Shown piece after piece: positions 1 to 9,527 of a DNA stretch of 20,000 nucleotides (position 1 is the stretch's first letter; each line of letters starts with the position of its first letter). The position numbers were made by a program, and so were the translations under genes. Source of the DNA: an uncultured virus (IMG/VR IMGVR_UViG_3300021255_000111) (Duplodnaviria; Heunggongvirae; Uroviricota; Caudoviricetes); IMG/VR virus record IMGVR_UViG_3300021255_000111. One strand, written 5' to 3'. Below the pieces are notes generated by a model. It worked only from the letters and a program-made list of their open reading frames with translations. It was not told the origin of the DNA and made no database searches.

Positions 1-40
1 TTTAATCTGAGGGTCACAGGTTCGAATCCTGTTCAAGGCA
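1..40 (+). tRNA. 3' part of a tRNA, probably tRNA-Lys(TTT); cut by the window start
   Basis: Parses as TTT-AA (anticodon plus positions 37-38), TCTGA (3' anticodon stem), GGGTC (variable loop), ACAGG-TTCGAAT-CCTGT (perfect T arm, 16-32), TCAAGGC (3' acceptor strand) and discriminator A at 40. No encoded CCA. The 5' half is missing, so the anticodon register is inferred. Confidence 0.8.
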
Positions 41-62
41 CACAAATCAAAATTGTCGCAGT

Positions 63-776
63 ATGGATGATAGCATAAAGATAGTACAAGATATTGCCGA
101 TACCATCTTAGACCGCCCTAAAGGCTTCTCAGTGGGTCATCGGCATTTCTATTTATGGCCAGTCACTCTTGGCAAGATGTTCCTCACCCAGAGAATAGTG
201 GAGCAGTTGGAGATAAACGCCCAGAACCTAAAGTTGAACCCCTACGTTGAGGCCCTTCGTCTTGTAGAGACCAAGAAGGATGACTGTTGCCTGCTTCTCG
301 CCTACCATACGCTAAAGACAAAGAAGGAGGTCAACAATACCACCACAGTCAAGGCAAGAACGAACATTCTGGCAAAGGAACTCGGTAATGATGACATCGC
401 CACACTGCTCATCCTCTGTCTGACATGGGATAAGACAGCAACCTTCATGCACCATACCAAGATTGACAAGGAACTGGAACGCATGAAGGAGGTCAGCAAG
501 TGCAAGAAGAATAAGAACACCTTCCAGTTCGGAGGCGTGTCAATATACGGCTCCATCATAGACCAAGCATGTGAACGCTACGGATGGACCTTCGATTACG
601 TGGTATGGGAAATATCATTCATGAACCTGCAACTCATGTTGAAGGACAGCATCAAGTCAGTATATCTGACGGACGAAGAGGCCAAGAAGTGCCACGTGCC
701 GATAGACGGACGCTCCGTTGACGGCAATGACGCAGAACTGATGAAGCAGGTTATCAGCGAAGGCAACTGGGACTAA
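63..776 (+). CDS. Phage protein, putative tail assembly chaperone
   Basis: 237-aa ORF directly upstream of the tape measure gene. The C-terminal motif IIDQACERYGWTFDYVVWEISFMNLQLML resembles pre-tape-measure proteins of Bacteroidetes phages. Function is inferred from position. Confidence 0.6.
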   Translation: MDDSIKIVQDIADTILDRPKGFSVGHRHFYLWPVTLGKMFLTQRIVEQLEINAQNLKLNPYVEALRLVETKKDDCCLLLAYHTLKTKKEVNNTTTVKARTNILAKELGNDDIATLLILCLTWDKTATFMHHTKIDKELERMKEVSKCKKNKNTFQFGGVSIYGSIIDQACERYGWTFDYVVWEISFMNLQLMLKDSIKSVYLTDEEAKKCHVPIDGRSVDGNDAELMKQVISEGNWD

Positions 777-890
777 CAGCCACGCCACACACAAGAAAAG
801 GCATCATCGCACAAGAAAGACATGAATAGGTGGGGGGATTGCCGTGTGACAAAGATGACACGAAAAAAAAGACGTGCGTGTGCGTGATGA

Positions 891-1007
891 TTCTCAGCGT
901 TTCAGAGCCGCCTCCCTTGCAACTTATCCATCCCAGAGGTAAAAGCGTCACAGCGAGGCTGCAATGAAGTTCAAACGGAAAGCAACGAATAACAATATAA
1001 CATCATA
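891..1007 (+). repeat. Copy 1 of a degenerate intergenic leader element
   Basis: Shares collinear blocks TTCTCAGCGT, CCCTTrCAACT(T)ATCCATCC(C)AGAGG(A)TAAAA, CACAGCG, GAAGT and ATAACATCATA with 6109-6220. Confidence 0.8.
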
Positions 1008-1012
1008 TATCA

Positions 1013-4000
1013 ATGGCAGGAATAAAATTCGACATTACTGGTGATAACAGGAACGTTCTGCAGTCCTTCAATGAGGTGCAGAGCGGTGTAAAGCAGATGC
1101 AGCGGCAGGTTGAGGATAGCGGTGCGAGCATAGAGGATATGTTCAAGCGTATCGGTGCTGTTGCAGGCCTCACCTTTGCAGGAGTAAGTGCAAAGGAATT
1201 TGTTAGGAATGTGATGAATGTCCGAGGTGAGTTCCAGAAGTTGGAAGTAGCCTTCACCACCATGCTCCAGTCAGAGGAAAAGGCTGCATCGTTGATGAAC
1301 CAGTTAGTAAAGACTGCCGCCATCACTCCCTTTGACTTGAAAGGTGTGGCAGACGGAGCGAAGCAACTCCTTGCCTATGGTATTGCAGCCGATGAGGTGA
1401 ATGAAACTCTTGTTCACCTTGGAGATATTGCCGCAGGTCTCTCCATCCCACTTGGTGACCTTGTGTATCTGTATGGTACCACGATGGTGCAGGGTAGAAT
1501 GTTTACGAATGACTTGCGTCAGTTCCAAGGTCGAGGTATTCCCATCGCTGAAGAGTTGGCCAAGCAGTTCGGTGTTGCCAAGGATAAGGTTGGTGAACTG
1601 GTCACTGCAGGAAAGGTTGGTGCAGAGCAAGTCAAGAAGGCCCTCATGGATATGTCTTCCGAGGGAGGCAAGTTCGGTGGCCTTATGGAAGAGCAGGCTA
1701 AAACCATCAACGGCCAGATAAGTAATATCGAAGATGCCATAGATGTGATGTTCAACAATATCGGTAAGCAGAATGAGGGTATCATCAACACTGCCCTCTC
1801 TGGCGTATCGACACTGATAGAGAACTATGAAGCTGTCGGCAAGGCTATTGCCAGTGCCGTAGCTGTCTATGGTGTGTATAAGGCAGCGATAATGACCGTT
1901 ACCGCCATGCAGGCACTACAGACTGCCGGTGTTGGTGCTCTTACTGTCGCAGAGACAGCCCACTATGGATGGATAGTGCTCGTTGAGAAAGCCCAGAAAC
2001 TCTTGAATGCTACCATGCTGTCGAATCCGTATGTTCTTGTAGCAACAGCCATCGCAGGTGTTGTCGCTATCATGATGAACATGAAGTCTCAGCAGGATTT
2101 GATAAACGAGGCCGAGGAAGAGTACAACCGCAAGAAGGAAGAGGCTATTGCCAAGGAGGAAGAGCACAAGCGTAAGATTGAGGAACTGCTGTCTGTCGCA
2201 GGTGATGAGCAACTGTCAACAGAGAACAGAAGGCTTGCCCTCGTTCGTCTTGAAATGCAATACCCTTCCATCTTCAAGAAGTATGATACCGAGGCAGAGA
2301 AACTGAAACATATTCTCGACATCAAGAACCAGATTGCCGAGATTGACGGAAAGAACTCTGTCAAGAATAAGAGCAATGAACTTGATAGCGTCAATGCCAG
2401 AATCAAGGAGTTGCAGGCTATTCGTGTCAACCGTTTCCTGTCTGAGCACGGAGGCTATGTCACCTCTGGACGTAACAGGACTGACAAGGAGAATGCTGAA
2501 CTGACAGCCCTTCTTAGGAAGCGTGGTGAACTCCAGAACTCCATCAGTAAGGAGCAAGGTCAGTCCTACCTCGCCAACCTCACTGGAATCAGCAACGATG
2601 ACCTCCAGAAGCAGATAAACGAGCGCAGGAACCTCCTTGCTAAGATGCAGACAACCGAGAAGAAGTATGGCCGTGTTCAAGCAGGTGGAGCGAAGGGAAC
2701 GTATTCAGCTAATGAGTTGCAAGGTCAGTTGCAGATTCTCGAAGCAGAGCAGAACAAGCGTAATGAGGCCAAGTACACCCCTGCACAGCAAAAGGCAATG
2801 GCCAAGAAGGCTCTTGATGAGGCTAAGAAAGCCCTTGCTGACTTTGATAACTCCACAACCAAGTACACCACAGCCGAGGCAGAGGAAGCACGTAAGAAAC
2901 TTACCGATGCCGTCTCTGAGGCTGAGAAAGAATATAAGAAGTTCGGTGGCAAGACAGGTGGCAAGAAAACCGACCCTGCAAAGACATTTAAGCAGGAACA
3001 GCGGTATACCGATCTTGAAGCAGAACTTGAAAGGAAGGCCAGTCGTGATGCCATCGACCTTGAACACTCCACAAGGCAGGCCGAGATAGACGCTATGGAG
3101 GAAGGTTCCAAGAAAACCATCGCTCAGATACGTCTTGACTATGACAGGCGCAAGGAAGAGATTGACAGGGGCTATGAGGACTTGCGTATCAGAAAGATTG
3201 AGGATGCCAAGAAACTCTGGGAAGCCAATCCTGCCAACAAGGATAAGGCGTTTGACGAAACCACCGTTGACACCTCCTACACCGATGCAGAGCGTAAGAA
3301 CTACGAGGCTCTGCTAAAGGCCAACGAGACAGAACTGGCTCGCAGTCTGAAAGCCAAGACTGATATGGAGATACAGGCCATCCGTGACTACTTGAAGGAG
3401 TATGGCACCTATCAACAGCAGAAACTCGCCATCGCACAGGAGTATGCCGATAAGATTGCCAAAGCCCAGAGGGAAGGAAACACTACCGAGGTAAATCGGC
3501 TTCGTGCAGAACAGAGGGTAACTGAGGGTGATGCCAAGGCCAGAGAACTGGCAGGAGGCATTGATTTCAGTGCCGTCCTCACCAACGTAGGCAGTGTTGC
3601 CAAGGCCCTTGCTGAAGAGACCTACAAGCGAGTACAGGAATACAAGGGTACTGATGAATACAAGAACAGCAGTGCCGAGAGCAAGAAAGCCATATCCGAC
3701 CTGGAGGCACGTCTTATCGAGAACGGTGGCGCAGGTTCAGCCTCTCCACTCAGTGCAAAGACATGGGATGATGTCACCAAGGCCGCAGAGCGTTATGACA
3801 AGGCTCTGAAAGACCTGCAGGCAAGGACAATGGAGCACTCCCTTGCTGTTGAGGCTCGTAAGCAGGCCGAGGAACAGTTGGCTCTCACCGTAGAGGGAAC
3901 GGAAGAGCACCTTGACGCTCTCAATGCTGTCGCAGAGGCTATCAAGGAAGAGAATGCCACTGGCGATGCACAACAGCAGGCACAGGGTAATGTGCAGGCT

Positions 4001-5572
4001 GCAGGACAGGACGTACAAAACGCTTCCAACAGAGCCGCCAAGGGCTTGCAGGACTTCGAGAAGGTTCTTGGAAACATCACCTCTGGAACACTCTCTGGAT
4101 TCGCCAATGGTGTTGCAGGAATTATCAGTTCTCTGGCAGGAAAGACGGAGAAAGCCGCAGACGGCCTTGTAGGAGCCATCGGAGGAAAGGCAGGTGGCCT
4201 TATCGGTGCCATTCTGCAAATCATAGATGCACTTGGTGATGACCCTGCAGGATTCATCAGCAACATTCTTGACAAGGTAGCGGACACTATTGATGCGATT
4301 CTCAGTCAACTCCTTACTGATATAGTACCTGCCGTCTTGGAGGGTGTTGGAAAAATCCTCACTTCCATCCTTGATGGTGTGGCCAACATGGTTACGTTCG
4401 GTCTCGCAGGAGATATATTCGGTGGTCTCTTCGGAGGTGGTGGCCATGAGGAAGAGTACAAGAAGGATCTGGAGGACTGGAAATCGAAGATTGAGGCGAA
4501 CACGTATGCCGTTGAGCAGCTGACCAAGAAGATGACCGATAAGACCAAATCGCCATCCGATGCGGCCAGAGAACGTGATGCCGCCCTCTCCGCTCTGCAA
4601 GGACAGATAGCATCGAACAGAGGTTCTGCAGACTTGATAGCAGGAGATTCGGATAAGGGCTATCACTCTTGGTACTACAAGCGAAATGATTCCGGCTTCG
4701 ACTATAACCGCTTCAATAGTGTCCTGGCACAGCACGGCTCGAATACAAGGGTTGGCAATGCGCAGGGTGTCATGGGGCTGTCTGCACAGGATATTCAAAT
4801 CCTTCGCACTTATGCAGGACAGGCATGGGCAGACTACTTCGGTGACGTTGACAGCGAGCGCAATCCTAACGAGATAAAGCAATATCTGGAGGCTATCGGT
4901 GATTTGGCAGAGAAGGATAAGGAAATCATTTCCGAGTTCTATGCCACTCTGACGAACATGACTTTTGAAGACTTGCGTAGCAACTTCAAGAGTAAGATGA
5001 TGGATATGAAGAGTGATGCCAAGACGTTCACTGATGACTTCGCAGAAATGATGACCAGTTCTCTGATGGATTCCATGATGTCAACATCTGGACTGAATGA
5101 GGCTATCAGACAATGGCAGATAAAGTGGGGTAAGGCCCTTGAAGATGATAACAAACTCAGCGACCAAGAACTGGAAGAGTTGCAGAGGGAGTACAATGAC
5201 CTTGTTCAACGCAGTCTGGAGGTTCGTGATGAAGCCGCCAAGATTACAGGCTATACCGATAAGTACGAGCAGGAAGCATCCTCCAAGGGATTCCAAGCCA
5301 TGGGACAGGATTTGGGTGCAGAACTAAACGGACGCTTCACTGCCGTCCAGATAGCAGGAGAGAACATCAGTGCTCAGATGCTTGTTGTCGTTGCCACCCT
5401 CAACAGTATCGCATCCTTCAACCAGTCATCGAACACCGCTGTCATAGAGATTCGTGACATGCTCATCTTCACCAACTCGTATCTGGAGGACGTGGTAAGA
5501 TATGCCAAGTTGCTCTACAGCGACTTTGGCGAGAAACTGGATGATATAGTAAACAACACCAAAAAGTTATAA
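1013..5572 (+). CDS. Phage tail tape measure protein
   Basis: 1519 aa. The N-terminus has the tape-measure domain pattern (FQKLEVAFTTML...AAITPFDL..VADGAKQLLAYG...LGDIAAG...DLRQFQGRGIPI.EELA). The rest is long Ala/Glu/Lys-rich coiled coil with Gly/hydrophobic segments. Confidence 0.93.
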   Translation: MAGIKFDITGDNRNVLQSFNEVQSGVKQMQRQVEDSGASIEDMFKRIGAVAGLTFAGVSAKEFVRNVMNVRGEFQKLEVAFTTMLQSEEKAASLMNQLVKTAAITPFDLKGVADGAKQLLAYGIAADEVNETLVHLGDIAAGLSIPLGDLVYLYGTTMVQGRMFTNDLRQFQGRGIPIAEELAKQFGVAKDKVGELVTAGKVGAEQVKKALMDMSSEGGKFGGLMEEQAKTINGQISNIEDAIDVMFNNIGKQNEGIINTALSGVSTLIENYEAVGKAIASAVAVYGVYKAAIMTVTAMQALQTAGVGALTVAETAHYGWIVLVEKAQKLLNATMLSNPYVLVATAIAGVVAIMMNMKSQQDLINEAEEEYNRKKEEAIAKEEEHKRKIEELLSVAGDEQLSTENRRLALVRLEMQYPSIFKKYDTEAEKLKHILDIKNQIAEIDGKNSVKNKSNELDSVNARIKELQAIRVNRFLSEHGGYVTSGRNRTDKENAELTALLRKRGELQNSISKEQGQSYLANLTGISNDDLQKQINERRNLLAKMQTTEKKYGRVQAGGAKGTYSANELQGQLQILEAEQNKRNEAKYTPAQQKAMAKKALDEAKKALADFDNSTTKYTTAEAEEARKKLTDAVSEAEKEYKKFGGKTGGKKTDPAKTFKQEQRYTDLEAELERKASRDAIDLEHSTRQAEIDAMEEGSKKTIAQIRLDYDRRKEEIDRGYEDLRIRKIEDAKKLWEANPANKDKAFDETTVDTSYTDAERKNYEALLKANETELARSLKAKTDMEIQAIRDYLKEYGTYQQQKLAIAQEYADKIAKAQREGNTTEVNRLRAEQRVTEGDAKARELAGGIDFSAVLTNVGSVAKALAEETYKRVQEYKGTDEYKNSSAESKKAISDLEARLIENGGAGSASPLSAKTWDDVTKAAERYDKALKDLQARTMEHSLAVEARKQAEEQLALTVEGTEEHLDALNAVAEAIKEENATGDAQQQAQGNVQAAGQDVQNASNRAAKGLQDFEKVLGNITSGTLSGFANGVAGIISSLAGKTEKAADGLVGAIGGKAGGLIGAILQIIDALGDDPAGFISNILDKVADTIDAILSQLLTDIVPAVLEGVGKILTSILDGVANMVTFGLAGDIFGGLFGGGGHEEEYKKDLEDWKSKIEANTYAVEQLTKKMTDKTKSPSDAARERDAALSALQGQIASNRGSADLIAGDSDKGYHSWYYKRNDSGFDYNRFNSVLAQHGSNTRVGNAQGVMGLSAQDIQILRTYAGQAWADYFGDVDSERNPNEIKQYLEAIGDLAEKDKEIISEFYATLTNMTFEDLRSNFKSKMMDMKSDAKTFTDDFAEMMTSSLMDSMMSTSGLNEAIRQWQIKWGKALEDDNKLSDQELEELQREYNDLVQRSLEVRDEAAKITGYTDKYEQEASSKGFQAMGQDLGAELNGRFTAVQIAGENISAQMLVVVATLNSIASFNQSSNTAVIEIRDMLIFTNSYLEDVVRYAKLLYSDFGEKLDDIVNNTKKL

Positions 5573-5575
5573 GAT

Positions 5576-6103
5576 ATGGACGAGTTCAGAAAGGAAATAG
5601 ATGGAATACTCAAGCACCATCCAGAGACCTATTGTACCAAGGTAGCAGGCATGGTACGTGACGATAATGTCAGCACGATAGACTTCTTGAAGTTTGTCGG
5701 CATTGGCACCAATCTCATGCTGTGGGTATGGGGAAAGGGAAGCCTGCCAACCTCCATCTACAAGAAGTACAGGGATTTGGTCGCAGAGAGCGGAGTAAGG
5801 CTTTTCTTCAATGAAGTGCCTGCTGACAGTCTGCCTACTGATATTGTTCTTGTTGAGGATGTCAACGGTCTTGACTTCACAGGAACACAGTGTAAGGTTG
5901 TCGCAAGGAACGCCACTGTTATTGTTGAGAACAACCACGTCTGGGGCTATGCGAAATCAACAGTCATTGGCACAGGAGCGTGTGACGCTATCATTGACGA
6001 TGAAAGTCACTTTGTCGGCAAGTCTGACAAGTGCGGCTGTGAGACCTTCGACAGAGCGACATTCTCTGGAAAAGGCTATCATCTACACACGAACAGAAAA
6101 TAA
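5576..6103 (+). CDS. Hypothetical phage protein
   Basis: 175-aa ORF starting 3 nt after the tape measure stop (TAA-GAT-ATG). The C-terminal half has short beta-strand-like repeats. Confidence 0.7.
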   Translation: MDEFRKEIDGILKHHPETYCTKVAGMVRDDNVSTIDFLKFVGIGTNLMLWVWGKGSLPTSIYKKYRDLVAESGVRLFFNEVPADSLPTDIVLVEDVNGLDFTGTQCKVVARNATVIVENNHVWGYAKSTVIGTGACDAIIDDESHFVGKSDKCGCETFDRATFSGKGYHLHTNRK

Positions 6104-6108
6104 CCGGT

Positions 6109-6220
6109 TTCTCAGCGTCTTTCGCTGTTGCGCCCTTACAACTATCCATCCAGAGGATAAAACGATCGCACAGCGGACGCTACGAAGTCCTACGAAGATT
6201 CTAAGAAACATAACATCATA
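6109..6220 (+). repeat. Copy 2 of the degenerate intergenic leader element; forms a long hairpin
   Basis: Collinear with 891-1007. Internal pairing AGCGTC/GACGCT, CGCTG/CAGCG, TGCG/CGCA and an inner TATCC/GGATA stem. Confidence 0.8.
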
Positions 6221-6225
6221 CAACT

Positions 6226-6648
6226 ATGCAAGGAGAGTTGATTATCAATGGCCATGATGTCTATACGGACTATGGCATCAGCATGACACAGCATGGATTG
6301 TCTGCCTTGATGACACCTGCACCGATGAAATCCTTCATCGAGAGCAAGAGCCGTCAGCAACACGGCAAGCGATTCGTGAACAAAGACCCTCGGAAGGATT
6401 CGAGAGAACTGACGCTACCCATCCATCTGACCGCACGTAACAGAAGCCAGTTCTTTGACAGATACTCGCGTTTCTGCGAAGAGATACTGGCAACAGGCTA
6501 TCTGGAAATACGCACCATGTATCAGCCTACAGTCCTGTACCGTTGCCTGTACACATCATGCTCGCAGTTCACGGAGTTTATCACGGAGTATGCCAGTTTC
6601 TCATTGAAGTTGACGGAGCCAGACCCTACGAATAGGGCCATCGAATAA
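6226..6648 (+). CDS. Phage tail protein, putative distal-tail (Dit)-like
   Basis: 140 aa, lying between the tape measure and the large tail protein. Pattern LIING.D...YGI...L.TPAP.K....R...G......R.LTL resembles Bacteroidetes phage Dit-like proteins. Confidence 0.6.
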   Translation: MQGELIINGHDVYTDYGISMTQHGLSALMTPAPMKSFIESKSRQQHGKRFVNKDPRKDSRELTLPIHLTARNRSQFFDRYSRFCEEILATGYLEIRTMYQPTVLYRCLYTSCSQFTEFITEYASFSLKLTEPDPTNRAIE

Positions 6649-6666
6649 TAAATTCCGTTAATTCTA

Positions 6667-6697
6667 TTTGTTATTCAAATAGTTTTTGGTATCTTTG
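6667..6697 (+). promoter_or_regulatory. Bacteroidetes primary-sigma promoter (-33 TTTG, -7 TATCTTTG) overlapped by a palindrome
   Basis: TTTG at 6667-6670, a 19-nt spacer, then TATCTTTG at 6690-6697, matching the TTTG-N19-21-TAnnTTTG consensus. Inverted repeat CTATTTG-ttatt-CAAATAG at 6664-6682. Confidence 0.7.
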
Positions 6698-6713
6698 TCC
6701 CAAGTTTTGCAAG

Positions 6714-9524
6714 ATGATACAGGTAAAGAGACTAAGCGGTGAGACGCTCATCACTCTGGATGCAGTACCAGAGGGCGCATTGGTTCACAGGGAACTGATG
6801 GCAGACCACTATGTGAAGTTGCCATTCGACCTTGATGAGCCTGTGTACCTTCGCCTTGGTGACTATATAGAACTGCCAGACTTCGGCCACTTTGAACTCA
6901 TCTTTCCTTACGCTCCCAAGTTTGACGTGAACACAGGAGCGTATAAGTACGACCTCCAGTTGGATGCGTACTATATGAAATGGAAGAATAAGAAGTGCCG
7001 TTATATCCCAACTGCATCTGCCAGTGAGACCTCGTTTCATCTGACGGCCACTGTTGCTACCCATCTGAATGTCATCGTCAATGGTATCAATGCCGTTGGT
7101 GACCTTGACAGCAACTTCCGCTATAACCAGACAACAAGTTTCCGTTTTGAGTTGAGGAATTTTCCTGCTGACAAGGTGGATGCCGCCAAGTACATGCAGT
7201 ATGACAATATCGACTTCATTACTGCCTTGAACAACCTCGCAGCCCTCTTCGAATGTGAATGGTGGGTAGAGGCCAACACCATCTATTTCGGCAAGTGCCA
7301 GTTGAATGGTGAGGAAGTTGAGTTTGAACTGGATCAGAACGTAGAGGAAATGACCAGTTCCGAGAGCAGTAACGAGTTCGCCACACGTATCATCGCCTTT
7401 GGCTCTACTCGCAACCTGCCATCGAACTACAGGGCGAACCAGTCAGCAGATGTTACCGTCAACGGTGTTGTTCAGAAGAGATTGATGCTCCCTGCATCCT
7501 TATGCCCAAGAGGGTACGTGCAGGATTCCACTGTTGTCAACGAGACTGAAGCTGTCGAGGCCATCGTTATTGATGAGGACATCTATCCGCACGTTGATTG
7601 TGTCGTAAGCCGTATCGAGACATACGAAAAAACCGTTGAGGATGAGGAAACAGGTGAGACAGTCACCAGAACGTTCTACCGTCTCTATGATGGCAGCGGA
7701 TTCAACTTCAGTACTGACATGATTCTGGATGGCGAGACACTGCATATCCTCTTCCAGTCTGGTGCCATGAACGGCATGGACTTCGAGTGCCACTATGACG
7801 ATACCGGGAAGTATTACGAGGTGGTGGCCAACGAGGACTATGGACGTTTCCTGCCAGACACCTCCCTGCATCCAAGCGTGAATGATAAGTTTGTCCTTCT
7901 GAACTGGGATGCCACGAAGATTGCCGAGACAGGTATCATTGATGATGCCGAGCAGGAGTTGTACAGGATGGTATGTGACAAGTTGGAGGACATGAAGATA
8001 GACCCGAACACCTATACGTGTGTCATGCGTTCTGATGAATACTCTGACATGATGGATGAGGAATCCTTCGTCAAGTACGACATCGGTCAGAGGGCAAGGC
8101 TTATCAATCCAACCTATTTCCAGTACGGACGCAGTAGCCGTATTATTGGCTATGAGATAAAACTGGATATTCCTTACGACACCCCGAAATACATTGTCGG
8201 TGAGGCTACTGCCTACTCGCACATGAAGGACATGCAGGGTCAGATTGATGCCATCACGTACAATGGTGTCAGTTACTCCGGCAACGGAAATGGTGGAGGT
8301 TCTGGTATCTACCTCATCACCTCTACAGACACTACACCGTCAAGCGACAGTAACGCCTACTCTGCCAGACGCTCTGACAGAATGTTCCTCAGACGTGACA
8401 GAGCAGATACAGCCTACGGACAGATAACACATGAACAGCGTTCTATCCACAAACAGGGAGCACAGTTCGGTGAGCAGTTTGTTCCTGGCCTTGTTGGTCG
8501 TGGTGGAGCGATAGACGGCAACGGCAACGGTGAAATGCGCTCTCTGAAACTCTGGGAATGGCTGGAAGTGCCAGAGTTGCGTTACAACCGCATCACCATC
8601 TATACAGGAATCCGATGGGACACCTTCGGAGGCGGCATCATTGAAAGCATCACTCCAGACGCACATGGTGGAGAATACGGCTCCGGCACACTGAAACTGG
8701 AGGATGGTGAGATAGGAGCCATCGCTGTAGGTGACTTGTGTATGGGTATCTGGCATGACCAGAGCGGCAATGCTGATGCGAACACCGATGACAACAGAGG
8801 TAACTTCACGTTCGCAGGCTTCAAGACTGTGTATTTCCAGATTACAGGAGTGAGCGGAGCCAACAACCAGAACTTCACATACCTTCTGAGAGGACAGTTG
8901 GAGGGAGGCAACGGCATCCATCCGTTTGTCGGCATGAGTTTCGCAGGACGTGGCAATGTCAGCAACACCCAACGTCAGGCGTTCACCTATACGACAACGG
9001 AGTATTCCTTGTCTCTCACAGGCGTTTCTACTTGGGAATTTCAGCCCCTTAACTACTATGAGATTCGAGGCCATATAGAAGGTTTCTCGATGCCTGCAGT
9101 AGATGCAAGCGGACATACCTACACCAAGGTATTCCACGGCTACGGACAGGTATTCGGCAATGCGTACATCTTCGGCCAGTTAGACACCTTTGAGCGAATA
9201 GGCTACAGAATGTCAATAGAGCAATCTCTTGGAGGCTCTTTGGCTCCTGGCGAAACGGAAGATGTGACCTGCACCATCTTCAACGGCTACGGTGTGAACG
9301 TCACAGACCAGTTCACTCACTTCTCGGTAACGAGGAACACAGGAGATGCGGCCTCTGATGCTGTGTGGAATGCACAACACCAGAGCGTCACCAATCCTTT
9401 CAGAATAAGTTTCAATGACCTCGGACTGGATGGCCTTCATAAGATTATGGCTACCTTCAACGTAGTGGCTACAGATGAGGCTACAGACAATACAGCAAAC
9501 GGACAGGCAAATTATTTCAGTTAA
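6714..9524 (+). CDS. Large phage tail/baseplate hub (Tal-like) protein
   Basis: 936 aa. Motifs ATRIIAFGSTRNLP, SRIIGYEIKLD, SDSNAYSARRS..FLRRDRADTA.G.ITH and IDGNGNGEMRSL....LEVPELRYNR resemble Bacteroidetes phage tail proteins. Located after the Dit-like gene. Confidence 0.7.
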   Translation: MIQVKRLSGETLITLDAVPEGALVHRELMADHYVKLPFDLDEPVYLRLGDYIELPDFGHFELIFPYAPKFDVNTGAYKYDLQLDAYYMKWKNKKCRYIPTASASETSFHLTATVATHLNVIVNGINAVGDLDSNFRYNQTTSFRFELRNFPADKVDAAKYMQYDNIDFITALNNLAALFECEWWVEANTIYFGKCQLNGEEVEFELDQNVEEMTSSESSNEFATRIIAFGSTRNLPSNYRANQSADVTVNGVVQKRLMLPASLCPRGYVQDSTVVNETEAVEAIVIDEDIYPHVDCVVSRIETYEKTVEDEETGETVTRTFYRLYDGSGFNFSTDMILDGETLHILFQSGAMNGMDFECHYDDTGKYYEVVANEDYGRFLPDTSLHPSVNDKFVLLNWDATKIAETGIIDDAEQELYRMVCDKLEDMKIDPNTYTCVMRSDEYSDMMDEESFVKYDIGQRARLINPTYFQYGRSSRIIGYEIKLDIPYDTPKYIVGEATAYSHMKDMQGQIDAITYNGVSYSGNGNGGGSGIYLITSTDTTPSSDSNAYSARRSDRMFLRRDRADTAYGQITHEQRSIHKQGAQFGEQFVPGLVGRGGAIDGNGNGEMRSLKLWEWLEVPELRYNRITIYTGIRWDTFGGGIIESITPDAHGGEYGSGTLKLEDGEIGAIAVGDLCMGIWHDQSGNADANTDDNRGNFTFAGFKTVYFQITGVSGANNQNFTYLLRGQLEGGNGIHPFVGMSFAGRGNVSNTQRQAFTYTTTEYSLSLTGVSTWEFQPLNYYEIRGHIEGFSMPAVDASGHTYTKVFHGYGQVFGNAYIFGQLDTFERIGYRMSIEQSLGGSLAPGETEDVTCTIFNGYGVNVTDQFTHFSVTRNTGDAASDAVWNAQHQSVTNPFRISFNDLGLDGLHKIMATFNVVATDEATDNTANGQANYFS

Positions 9525-9527
9525 GAT

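Noticed and set aside
41..62. tRNA-associated HDV-like (theta) ribozyme after the tRNA
   Set aside because: Only 22 AT-rich nt separate the tRNA from the next start codon, and no nested pseudoknot pairing is visible.
843..870. CGTGT...ACACG hairpin followed by an A8 run as a terminator
   Set aside because: The stem is short and the tract is on the wrong side for an intrinsic terminator on either strand.
3737..4882. 381-aa antisense ORF, and other long minus-strand ORFs (7500-8222, 8340-9137, 10797-11624, 17193-17864)
   Set aside because: They fully overlap well-supported + strand genes, have no recognisable motifs, and are typical antisense shadows of codon bias.
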